This document shows, one piece after another, positions 36,701-47,338 of a stretch of DNA of 64,000 nucleotides. Below the pieces are notes generated by a model. That model had not been told where the DNA came from and searched no databases. It worked only from the letters and a program-made list of their open reading frames with translations. The DNA lies in assembly GCF_001194135.2 (NCBI RefSeq), contig NC_068997.1, forward strand, positions 8,939,749 to 9,003,748, given 5' to 3'. The stretch's first letter is position 1; the number at the start of each line of letters is the position of its first letter. Source of the DNA: Octopus bimaculoides (Eukaryota). Made by a program: the position numbers and the translations under genes.

Positions 36701-39700
36701 AAATTTTCTAGGGAGCTTTTGATTTCTCCATGTTTTACATGTGTAATATTGATATAAAACATAAACAAAAACTTGTATTTTTAGTGTTTTTCTATTGTTT
36801 GTAGAAATATAATTTAAAATCTCTATATAACATTAAGTTTATTTTTATATAATTTTCGGTTATAATTAATTTTTAAGCATTGTTGTTTCTCTTCATTGTT
36901 TTGTCCTTTTTCAGAATTGGAGGTAAACCTGGTTCAGTAATGACTTGTCGTGGTTGCCATGGCAGGCGAATTAAGAAAAGTATGCGCCAGCTAGGACCTG
37001 GTATGGTACAAGAAATACAGAGTACTTGTTCAGAATGTAATGGTGAAGGTTAGTTTTATTTCTTTAAAAATTAATCCTATCAAAGCCATGGATGCACCTA
37101 AGTGTCTCTTAGCTATAGCTATTGAAATTCCATTGATGCAGATATGTGTTGATCACAGCCATAAAATCTCAGAGGCTCTAGCATGCGTCTTTTAACTGTC
37201 CATTGATGTTTGATTAGTTGTTATCCATGTAGCCTAGCAACAACCTCCAGTATGAGTCTGGGGCGGGGGGGAATCTCTGCTGTTTGCTATCAACTGTCTT
37301 CTGCAGGTATGGATGGTATTAATATTTCTGACACAGATAAGGGAGCTAGCTGGCAGAATTGTTAGCATGTTGGGTGAAATGCTTAGTGGTATTTTGTCTT
37401 TGTTCTGAGTTCTAATTCCACCAAAGTCAACTTTGTTTATCATCTTTTCAGGGTCTATAAAATAAAGTAGCATTTGAGCACTGGGGCTGATGTTATCAAA
37501 TTGCCCCTCCTTCTGAACTTGCTGGCCTTGTGCCAAAATTTGAAACCAATATTTCTAACAGTTTTTAATTCTTAAAAGTACTTAATAAAAAAAATTTTTT
37601 AAATTCTTTTCTTTAGTTCTGACTTTTGTACTTAATGCTCAAATCTTTTATTCTGCACATTTTTCAGGAAATTACATTAATGAGAAAGATAGGTGTAAAG
37701 AATGCTCAGGACGCAAAGTGGTCAACGAAGACAAGATTTTAGAAGTGCATATAGACAAAGGCATGAAAGACGGCCAGAAAGTCTGGTTTAGGGGAGAAGG
37801 AGACCAATTAGTAAGTACTTTGCAGTTATTGAAAACTTCATATTCTTCACTCTTTTTGAAACCTGCTTAGTATTTTTCCTTTACTTTTCTATCTTTCAGC
37901 CCAACATTGAACCAGGTGATGTCATAATTATTTTGACTCAAGGTGAACATAAACAGTTTTCTAGAGATGGAGAAAACCTTTTGTACAAACATACTTTGGG
38001 TTTAACTGAGGCCCTCTGTGGTTTTGAATTTGTATTGACTCATCTTGACAAACGAGAATTAATTATTAAGAATGCTCCAGGAGATATTATTCAACCAGGT
38101 TAGTATCCTTCATTAAAATTTTACTCAAGAAATTATTATTTATTAGTTATTTAACTTGTTATCGGATGTTAGTTTTATATCATCATCATCGCTTAACATC
38201 CTCTTTTCCATGCCTGTCACCAACCCTCACCTATTTCCAAGTAGGGCAGTATTTCTCCATGCTCAGAAATGTCTTGGTAGATTGGAAACCAGACACTACT
38301 TGCATGATGGTGACATGCTTACAACTGTCATGTGTCACCAAGGCAAGGAGACAGTAACACACACACACACACACTGGGTTTCTTTGAGTTTCTGTCTGCC
38401 AAATCTCCTCACAAGGCTTTGGTCTGCTGAGGGCTATAGAAGACACTTTACCCAAGGTGTCATGCAGTGGAACTGAACCTGAAACCACACAGCCTGCACC
38501 TATATATAAAATTGCTATAGGCATATTATGGTGGGGCTAGTTTCATGTTAACAACTGCAACCTGGAAGATGTGGCTCCCTTGCTTTCATTATTTCGATCA
38601 GTGATATCATTAATTCATATAATTAAATGCACAAGGTGCAGGTATAGCTGTTTGGTTAAGGAGTTCACTTGAGAATGACAAGGCTTGAGGTTTATTTCTA
38701 CAATGTGACACTGCAAGCTGGTGGGGGTCCACTTTGGCCTGTGAGTGAATTGACAGACAGAAATTTTGAGGAAACTGTTGTTTGTGTTTTCCTTTTGTTT
38801 TTACATTTGTTTCTGATTAAAAACAGTTACCTTTCACCTGCAAATGGTGTCACTGTTTGCAATGTTCCTCAGAAATATGTCTGGCCATTGATCTTTTCAT
38901 AGTTTGAAGGGCTAAAGGAAATATTGCCTTGCTTGGAGATGTGTGTGCTCTCCATTCATCATTTCTTGTTTACTCTCTCACTGCTTAACTAATTCTGAAT
39001 ATAAAAAATTTAAATTGTAAAGATAATTGAGAATATTCTAGCATGTTATATGTGATTAGATTATTGAACAACCAGTTCTTAAGTGAGGTTTATATGTAAA
39101 AATGATCTAGATGATTTAAAAAAAATTTTATACTGGTTAAAAAGGCAAAAAAAAAAAAACCTTGGAAATTGCTCACCAAAACACTTTTTCTCCAAGAACT
39201 ACGAGTAAAGAAATGTGTGGCACATGTTCTGCATATTAATGAAAAGTATAGATTATTAAAAGAGGGGGAAAAAAGTCTGCAGAATATTTGCAAATTTAAG
39301 GTAGTTCAGTTAGAAAAAAATTTGTGCCTCAAAATAAAGAGTTTCGTTGTCGAGATGTATGACAGTCTACACTTGGACTTTTCTAACTAACAACAATTGA
39401 CAGTAGAAACGAGATAACTGGAGTGCATTTTGTGTGGTTTTAAAAAAGTAAAATGAATATAAAGCTTATCTTATTCCATGATGTATTTTTCTTAATTGTA
39501 GGAACTACCAAGGTTGTGAAAGGAGAAGGAATGCCAATTTATAGAAATCCTTTTGAAAAAGGAGATTTATTCATTACATTCGATGTAGAATTTCCGTCAA
39601 ATAATTTTCTGGATCCTACAAGAATGATTGTAAGTTGATATTCTNNNNNNNNNNTTAGATTTGAAGTGGGAATACCATTTTTTATGTAAAATATAAAAAA

Positions 39701-40462
39701 AAATAGCAATCATTTTCTCCAGTTTATATCACAATTTTGAACTGCTGACCAAGGCAATTGGTTAGTCTGGGGCTAGAGTAGAAGTCACTTGCCAAACGTA
39801 CTGAACCTGAAACCACATAGCTTCTTAACTACACAGCTAAGCTTGCACCTTTAACTCTAGCATTTAAACTGGCCAGATCCAGCCTCTCACATCTACCCCA
39901 CAATGTTAATCTAAAAAAAAATATACAGTCACATAATCAAAATCTCAAGATCACAAGCTAAAGGCGAGATAAATTCAAAACAAATGTGGATAAATGTTAG
40001 ATTTGATAGAATCTGAATGCTAAAGGGTTAAATGTGAATTCTTTTTATTTGGGTTTCATTAAAAGCTATTTTAATGAAGGTGGGGGGCATTTGTAACAAG
40101 GAATATTAATGAAATGAACAATCAGTTTGTATTAGGGAGAAGATATTGCAGTTATTTTTGTAGCCTTTAAGTTTTTATTTTCTTTCAATTGTAAAATTAA
40201 TTTTCTAAGAACCCTGTTTACATACTATTTCGTCCTCAATATTAAAAAAAAATTTTTTTTCTTCTTCACAAAGGATTTAGAGAATTTGTTACCCAGCTAT
40301 ACTAAAGTAGATATTCCTATGGAAAGTGATAATGTGGAAGAAGTTACATTGGTTGAGTATGATGCTTCCATGAGAAATGCTTCTCGCAGAAATGAAGTTT
40401 ATGATGAAGATGATGATGCTCATGGTGGCCGTGGTCCCCAGATGCAGTGTGCACATCAATAA
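14782..40462 (+). CDS. DNAJA2: DnaJ homolog subfamily A member 2-like (class A Hsp40); 10 coding exons, 1215 nt, 404 aa
   Basis: join(14782-14850,31579-31638,32910-33012,33620-33728,35804-35884,36915-37048,37668-37810,37900-38098,39502-39629,40274-40462). All introns are GT-AG and phases are consistent. The product has a J domain with HPD, a G/F region, four CxxCxGx(G) repeats, [29 protein letters not shown] and C-terminal QCAHQ, matching DNAJA2 as recalled. Confidence 0.93.
16400..16630 (+). mobile_element. Decayed Merlin (IS1595/ISXO2-like) DDE transposase
   Basis: IVGIDESK at 16441-16464, then a frameshift to [51 protein letters not shown]; matches the EIDES..RKY.RGR..EG.WV.G..DR.AATLLPII..V.PGT pattern. 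Confidence 0.75.
20620..20855. promoter_or_regulatory. Intronic promoter-like module (ETS, CRE, GC box, kappaB-like site)
   Basis: CACTTCCGT 20628-20636, GGTGACGTCAGTT 20653-20665 (identical to 14665-14677), GAGGCGGGG near 20785, GGGAATTTCC 20803-20812; locally CpG-rich. Confidence 0.45.
21431..21469 (+). ncRNA. Degenerate minimal type I hammerhead ribozyme motif (Penelope-like element end)
   Basis: tcctt-t-CTGTTGA-A-GAGC-atag-GCTC-GAAAC-GTA-aagga; stem I tcctt/aagga, stem II GAGC/GCTC, palindromic ACGT stem III; core A6 is T. Confidence 0.5.
22190..22520 (-). mobile_element. RTE LINE C-terminal fragment
   Basis: [50 protein letters not shown]. Confidence 0.75.
24242..24470. mobile_element. 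hAT-type MITE, 229 bp, perfect 8-bp TSD
   Basis: TIR CAGTG(G/T)TTCTCAA; TSD ATCTAACC at 24234-24241 and 24471-24478. Confidence 0.9.
25430..26012 (-). mobile_element. CR1-group LINE reverse transcriptase relic with internal deletions
   Basis: [22 protein letters not shown], an eroded YLDF.KAF region, and [20 protein letters not shown]. Confidence 0.8.
26116..26209 (+). repeat. 31-bp tandem repeat x3
   Basis: gtttcattatcaaattatatacctgctcctt three times, one mismatch in total. Confidence 0.95.
29381..30233 (+). pseudogene. Helitron PIF1-helicase C-terminal relic
   Basis: [93 protein letters not shown], with stops and frameshifts. Confidence 0.88.
31579..31638 (+). CDS. DNAJA2: DNAJA2-like exon 2 ([20 protein letters not shown])
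   Basis: ttcag acceptor, HPD motif, GTAAAT donor. Confidence 0.95.
32910..33012 (+). CDS. DNAJA2: DNAJA2-like exon 3 ([34 protein letters not shown])
   Basis: AG/GT boundaries; J-domain helices III-IV. Confidence 0.95.
33620..33728 (+). CDS. DNAJA2: DNAJA2-like exon 4 (G/F region, to RGEDAFHKL)
   Basis: phase 1 in, phase 2 out, AG/GT; FGGIFDMGF and RGED. Confidence 0.9.
35804..35884 (+). CDS. DNAJA2: DNAJA2-like exon 5 ([27 protein letters not shown])
   Basis: ttttactttcag acceptor, GTGAGT donor, first zinc-finger repeat. Confidence 0.95.
36915..37048 (+). CDS. DNAJA2: DNAJA2-like exon 6 (CRGCHGRR ... CSECNGEG)
   Basis: [13 protein letters not shown] motif, zinc-finger repeats 2-3. Confidence 0.95.
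37668..37810 (+). CDS. DNAJA2: DNAJA2-like exon 7 ([12 protein letters not shown] ... GEGDQL)
   Basis: AG/GTAAGT; [15 protein letters not shown]. Confidence 0.95.
37900..38098 (+). CDS. DNAJA2: DNAJA2-like exon 8 (PNIEPGDV ... EALCGF ... IIQPG)
   Basis: follows an 89-bp intron; AG/GT. Confidence 0.95.
39502..39629 (+). CDS. DNAJA2: DNAJA2-like exon 9 ([27 protein letters not shown])
   Basis: within ORF-track 39453-39638; AG/GTAAGT. Confidence 0.95.
39855..40027. mobile_element. TTAA MITE family C in DNAJA2 intron 9
   Basis: ttaa-ctctagcatttaaactggcc ... aatgctaaaggg-ttaa; relatives at about 8353, 32063, 49693 and 52646-53208. Confidence 0.7.
40274..40462 (+). CDS. DNAJA2: DNAJA2-like exon 10, ends QMQCAHQ-stop (CaaX)
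   Basis: acceptor AG at 40272-40273, TAA at 40460-40462. Confidence 0.93.
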   Translation, partial: DLENLLPSYTKVDIPMESDNVEEVTLVEYDASMRNASRRNEVYDEDDDAHGGRGPQMQCAHQ

Positions 40463-40640
40463 TGTATGTGTTATATATGATATGTACTGTATTTTTTTTT
40501 TTACTGTAACTACAAATCATTGTAAATTCCTATATGAACTTATTTGGTTATATATGACTCACTTAACTCTCATTTTCCCAATCCCTCAAGAAAAATGATA
40601 AAAGAATGAAACAAAATATTTTTTTTTTTTTTTTTTTTTA

Positions 40641-40657
40641 AATAAATCTCAAATAAA
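40641..40657 (+). terminator. Two AATAAA polyadenylation signals for DNAJA2
   Basis: AATAAA at 40641 and 40652, about 180 nt after the stop, just after a 21-T run. The cleavage site cannot be seen. Confidence 0.5.
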
Positions 40658-42377
40658 AGTTATAGTATTAAAATTCTGACTGACCTTTTTCTTCCCCATT
40701 GTATTTCTTTTCATGTTTTGAAGAAACCTTGTTGTAAATTCCAATATTTGATAACTTTTAAATTGTTGTTAGTTAACTAGCTATGAAAGTGTGAATTTAT
40801 TAACTCTTTACACTTTAGAAACATTAGTAAAACACTACAAAACAAGTTTCTATTTTTAATAATTCTTAACCATTGCTTTAACGTTATATCCAGTGTTAAC
40901 TCTAGGCTAGACACCTGTACAAAAGCAGGTTAAACATTCCTGTTATATATTTCAGTAAAATCAGAAAATTACACAGAACAAAATACATATACTTTACATT
41001 TAGACTGATGGTCCAAAAAGATTCTGAAGTCTCAGTGTCCCATGCATTTTGTCTTTGTCTATCCTTATAGCATGTACTTTCACAATAGACAAACAGAACA
41101 TCCTATTATATTGTTATTGCAGATTTAATATAGTTACATCAACTTGATTGATTTTTAACTGTGATATTTACTCCATAAGAGCAAGTTATACTAAGCAAAT
41201 TCATTCCTGTACTTTTCAGATGCAACATTTAACAATGTCCATTGCCCGTTTATGCAAGTAATTTCCATTTCACCACATATTGGTTAATGATAATCTTGTG
41301 TTAGTGACTATTTTTCCAATTAATGTCTACGGACGAACAAAGTTATATGGAATATGGTCCTGCCCATGCCATCATGGCAAACGGATGTTAAATGATGTGA
41401 ATATTTAACAGAACCTGTTTCAACCTATATATACTGAAATAAATCTGCAGCACTGAGAACCCCTTTGTTGCTCTAAAGAACAAAGCATGCTTACATAGAC
41501 AGCAGTTTTGCATTTGCATACAATGCGGTGTAAGAAATTATCAGTCCAGTTCTTCTAAAGTTGCCTGGCATACACAAAGCAAGTTCTGAACAGTTGAAAC
41601 ATATGCAACATGTTCTGATTGCCAAGTTGTATTCTGCACAAATATATTAGTAAATAAAATGTGACTTGCGACCAGACTATAATATATCTAGCAAGATACA
41701 GGTTCCACTCTGTGCCAAAGTTCTGGTTAAACTGAGCTGATGGGGATGACTCAACTTTAACAACACAAATAGATTTGTGTGTGTCTTGTTTTTCTTTTAA
41801 TTATAATACCTAAGATTTGGTTTAGAACTGGATATATCAATGGAACTGATACTACTTAAGCTATTATAGACATTTAGAATCCCTAAGTTTTCCCTTTAAT
41901 ACTAGTGAATATATTTCTTCTATTAAATGTTTAGTCATTAACTGCTTAGCAATTTTGCTTTACAAAAAAAAAAAGTCAAATGTTTTGGCAATTTTCTAAT
42001 TTTATATATTTATCATTTGTAGATTAAGCCTCAATATAAGCATAAATATTAACATTTCATAGTCATTATTATAATTGAAAGACTGCTTATTAAACCATAT
42101 CTTTATAGGATATTGTCAGCAGTTTGATTTTAACATTTGAATTGTCTGTGAGTGCAAACTGGGTATATTTTTCATTGTTATATTTTAGGATTGTCAATTA
42201 AAATCTTGACTGTTTTTGGCTTAATTTTTTTTCTTCTGAATGAAAAGACCAATTTGTGTAATTTATCAAGTTGAATAATATGAATTCAACTTAGGCTTTA
42301 CACAAAACTGTTCCTGTTGTATATAACCTTTTGTACAGATATGTAACATAGAGGTGCACTCTTTTTTTTTTTGTTAA

Positions 42378-42593
42378 TTACATCACATTCTTGAGAGAAA
42401 ATTGGTAACTGAGAAGAAAGTTTTCTGTTCCTGCTTGTATAACAAATATTGCTGCTCTTCTCAGTTCAAATAAATCTAAGCTATCTTTCAATCTTTTCTT
42501 AGTGTTTATGTCTTGATCAATTTTAATTACATATTTCATCCAGTATTCAATCAAACTATATTGTTTTAAAAATTGAGCCATATTAATTGGCAA
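42378..42593 (-). pseudogene. Possible piggyBac (PGBD3-like) transposase remnant; alternatively an orphan exon or a chance ORF
   Basis: WMKYVIKIDQDINT resembles MGGVDxxDQxI, and SLDLFELRRA resembles the LDxLEFRRx C-terminal segment; the similarity is weak and judged by eye. Confidence 0.3.
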
Positions 42594-44301
42594 CCTTGAA
42601 GTAAAAGTAAGAATTTATATTTTTTCTTTTAAATAGATTCCTTTGACCTTTTAAGAAAAAAAATGGAGAGATAGGGAACAATTATATACTGGAGTAAATT
42701 TGCATTATTTAGTTACAGCTCTGCTCCAAGTTCAAATCTTGCCTGAGCTTTGTTTCACATTATTTTAGTATCAATAAAATATAACAATCAGTTTGATTTC
42801 CATCTACTACAGATGGTCTAAGAAAAAAATTTTGGCACTACTTAAATTCAGAGATTCCAACGCATCAATGTAACGATTTTTTTTACAGTGCATACTCGTT
42901 AGGGTTACGTACATGCATTGGGACCTCTGTATCTAAAGTAGTACCAAAATTTCAATTGTTTTGGGAAAAGATAACATTTCGTTTCAAATGAAAATAATGG
43001 GAGAACAATTTAGAACCAGTTCAGTAGTTTCAACAGCAAAACTTTGAAGTTGAAATGGTATTTTATATATTTTATCAGTGTAGAAGTCTTGAAATTAAGT
43101 TAGTCATTGGTAGAAAAATAGCCTCAAACTGGAGACTTAGCTCTAAATACTTGCAGCAAATTAGATTCTGCTAAAGGCACCCAAAGTCAAGGTGGTGGTA
43201 TTCAAGCAGGTGATGGGTTAATTCTGACATTGAAATGGGCTATGACAGGATTAAGTGTTAAGTGATGAATTGTGTATATGGGAATGTTAGCTATTGAAGG
43301 AGTAGAATTCTCTCTCAGCAAGTGTTACAATGTGAGTTAGTGCTTTCCATTTCTCTGTATAAGAATTATACAACTTGTAAAAACATGTCAGTGCCTCTCC
43401 TAAGCCAGGAGATTCTTCAGAGGGTTAGTATAATGGTGCGAAATAGATGACACTAGTATCCTAAACCAAGAGCTGACTCTGGTTTACCAAATAATCCGTT
43501 AGCAAAATAAATTCTTGAGAATTATGTAAAAACATATGGTGGACCTCGACTCACAACCTTTGAGGATATCTTAATTTAAAAGTTTGTAGTTCATAAATAT
43601 GAAAATAGGTGTTAAAAGTAACCTATTATGTTTCCACAAACCTTAGACTGGTTTGATTAAGCTCCTATGTTTATTTTGCATTTCATGCAGATGATGTGAA
43701 ATAATGTTAGCAATAGTGTTATTTTATTTCTACAAATGATCTATAGAAATTATAGCCAGTGCTGATTTTTGCTTCAAGGTTTTGTAAATGTCAGATGTAA
43801 ACAATGAATGAAATTGAAGATGAAAAATGGGTAATGGACATATATGCCATATTTTGGGGGATTTTTGCCCCTTCGTCACCAATCATTTAATCCATTAATC
43901 ATCCTCAAACACAGTGTAAAGGTATTGGATATGCCAATTTACATATTAAACATTCCTGGAAGCTGGTACATAAATATTCTTCTCTAATCTAGGCACAAGG
44001 CCTGAAATTTTGAGGGAGGAGGCTAGTCGATTAGATTAACCCCAGTAAGCAACTGGTACTTAATTTATCGACCCCAAAAGGATGAAAGGCAAAGTCGGCC
44101 TCAGCAGAGTTTGAATTCGGAACAGAGACAAAATACGACTAAGCATTTTGCCTCTCTGCCTTAGTTTCTGAATGTGGTGTTGGCCTATAAAAACATTTAA
44201 TAGACTTTATAGTTAATTACGGTTGCATAACAAAATACCACATACCTACAGATCATTAGTTGGTAATAGTGTCAGAGATGATGGTTCTTGGGAATTACCG
44301 T

Positions 44302-44348
<47 letters not shown>

Positions 44349-45371
44349 GTCAAGAGGTGGAAGGTTTGAATATTTTTGATAAGATCTGGCATCTTGGAAT
44401 GTTGAAGCTAAAAGATAATGCATGATTAACTCAAAACAATGGATAAATTAGCATTACACTCCACAGAATAATCTGAATGCTAAAGGGTTCAGGAAAACAA
44501 GAGTTGGGGTTGGGGTAGCAAACAACATGAACACACAGACATGTGTGCACTCAACGGGCTTCTTTGAGTGTTTGTCTTCCTAGTTCACTCATGAGGCCTT
44601 GCCTAGGGTGCCAAACACAAGACCACACAGTAGAGAAGCAAGCTTCTTGCATATACAGCCATGCTTGCACTTGTCTTCAAGATTCTGAAGAACTCCCCAA
44701 AAGGTTTGCTTCAGTAAACCAATGTATTGCAGTTGATTGGAATATTCATATTCATGTATATTATTCAATAATAATAACTAATTAAGAAAGATACAAATAT
44801 ATATTTTAATACTGTTTCCATCTTTAAAAAAATACAAATGCATCATTTAGATCTTCATTAAATTTGCTAATTAACATACTTCTGAAAAACTGAACATAAT
44901 ACATTAGCCAAATATTTTTCATTTTTAAATGTTAGTATTTGAAATTAAAACCACTGCCTTTCCAATGCAAGTAATTTATGTTAAATTATTGATTGCTGCG
45001 ATTTATTTTTTTGCCAAGGAAAAGGGCTTGCTTCATTCTGCTTAACTGAATTGTTATATAAAAGTTGTTAAATTTCCCATTAAGTAATTAAAAACAAAAG
45101 TTGACAATGTTTGCCTAATTACTTAAAATTGTGATGTGAATCTCTAATTAGAGTCAGTATACAATTTTGATTACTAGACCCCCCCCCCATCTTAAATCTT
45201 CACTTCAAATATTCACTTTCATTAACCTTAGTCTATTCTATAAAATAAGTCTTTTAGTAAAAGTTCTCATAAGAAATGATTTACAATAATCTAAAACCTA
45301 ATAAATATAGGTTACTTATTGGTTATTTTCAAAATAAATATCCCATTTTTAAACTTAGTTAATAGTCATGC

Positions 45372-46056
45372 NNNNNNNNNNNNNNNNNNNNNNNNNNNNN
45401 NNNNNNNNNNNNNNNNNNNNNNNNNNNNNNNNNNNNNNNNNNNNNNNNNNNNNNNNNNNNNNNNNNNNNNNNNNNNNNNNNNNNNNNNNNNNNNNNNNNN
45501 NNNNNNNNNNNNNNNNNNNNNNNNNNNNNNNNNNNNNNNNNNNNNNNNNNNNNNNNNNNNNNNNNNNNNNNNNNNNNNNNNNNNNNNNNNNNNNNNNNNN
45601 NNNNNNNNNNNNNNNNNNNNNNNNNNNNNNNNNNNNNNNNNNNNNNNNNNNNNNNNNNNNNNNNNNNNNNNNNNNNNNNNNNNNNNNNNNNNNNNNNNNN
45701 NNNNNNNNNNNNNNNNNNNNNNNNNNNNNNNNNNNNNNNNNNNNNNNNNNNNNNNNNNNNNNNNNNNNNNNNNNNNNNNNNNNNNNNNNNNNNNNNNNNN
45801 NNNNNNNNNNNNNNNNNNNNNNNNNNNNNNNNNNNNNNNNNNNNNNNNNNNNNNNNNNNNNNNNNNNNNNNNNNNNNNNNNNNNNNNNNNNNNNNNNNNN
45901 NNNNNNNNNNNNNNNNNNNNNNNNNNNNNNNNNNNNNNNNNNNNNNNNNNNNNNNNNNNNNNNNNNNNNNNNNNNNNNNNNNNNNNNNNNNNNNNNNNNN
46001 NNNNNNNNNNNNNNNNNNNNNNNNNNNNNNNNNNNNNNNNNNNNNNNNNNNNNNNN
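45372..46056. other. 685-N assembly gap, probable location of the FCSK terminal exons
   Basis: No GAGGGG or YWxQKK coding sequence was found by eye on - between 40463 and 47238 outside this gap. Other gaps: 13241-13250, 15173-15307, 20856-21248, 29064-29083, 31429-31438, 39645-39654, 57536-57615. Confidence 0.7.
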
Positions 46057-47238
46057 AAAAAAAAAAAAAAAAAAAAAAAAAATCAACACAAGTTGTCTTA
46101 ACATTGGAAGGAGTGAGAGCAAGCACACACTGGGCTTCTTTTAATTTCCATTTACCAAATCGACTCACAAGGATTGGGACAATGTGGGGCTGTACTAGAA
46201 GACGCTTGATGTACAGTGGAACTGAACCCAAGACCACAAGGTTGGGAAGCAAGCTTCTTAACCACAGCCTTGCCTGCTGACAAGATTTCAAGAGGAAAAA
46301 AAAAATCAACAAGGAATGTAAACATCATATCACTGATTCACTCAAAATGGTGACAAGTGAAACCATGGGATGTCAATTTTTCATTTCCAGATTCATTTAT
46401 AAGGGATTGGGAAGAGGCTATAAGTTGAAGACATTTGCTCAAGGTGCCGTGCAGTGGGACTAAACTTGGAACCTTGTGGTTGCAAAGTGAACTTTTCAAC
46501 TACACAGCTATGGCTGTGCTCTGTATAAAACAAGCATAGGAAGATGAAGTGGTGTTTGTTTTTTTCATAATATTTTAATTGGGATTCTATGCAATCGGTT
46601 TAAGGTGATCTTTTTGTGCTGGAGGGAGAACATTTTCTTCATCTTGGCTGTGTTGTTGATGATGTCTTAGGGTGATATTTTTTGAGTTAATCTATAAATA
46701 TCGCTTATCAATTGAAACATCATCATCATCGTCACTTAACATCCTTTTTTTTTTCCATGCCAAGCTAGAAGGCTGCACTGAACTTTACTTTTGGTATGGT
46801 TTTTACAGCTTGATGCTGTTTTGTAATGCCAACCAGCTTACAGAGTGTACTTGGTGCTTTTTTCATGCCACCAAGTACCTGCAAGGTGAGACCCCCCCCT
46901 CAACTGAACGGAGTAGAGTATTTAGGGATGTGAAAGTATGATAGTAGGGACATTAAAACAGGTCGTCTTGCCGAAGAGATGAATACATGGATTCTCCAAC
47001 TAGAGAGACACAGAGATGGTAAGAATATATCTTCAAGGTACAAGATGACAATGGGAAAGGTGAGGAGGTAAGTGTGTTGAAGTATTGTATCAGCAACATA
47101 TCTTAGATGAGGAAATAGCCTGAATAAACAAACATCAGGAAAACACAAAGATGAAGTTTTAAATAAAAGCTCCATTGATCAAAGATCTTACAAGTTACTG
47201 CTACTTTTCAAGAAACCTGTATAAAACAAATAATATAC

Positions 47239-47338
47239 CTTCGCTAAAGTGTGTGGCACAGTCATGAGCTAATTGTTTTAGATTATATATTGTTGAAACA
47301 ATGCCAGGCTTGCGAGCGTACCATTCACGGAGAACATT
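47239..47338 (-). CDS. FCSK: FCSK exon ([33 protein letters not shown]); last visible exon
   Basis: ttttattttcag acceptor, GTATAT donor, phase 1. Confidence 0.92.

Noticed and set aside
45319-46312. Long ORFs of 250-317 aa in the ORF track (also 20745-21405 and 15009-15458)
   Set aside because: They are runs of N translated as X.
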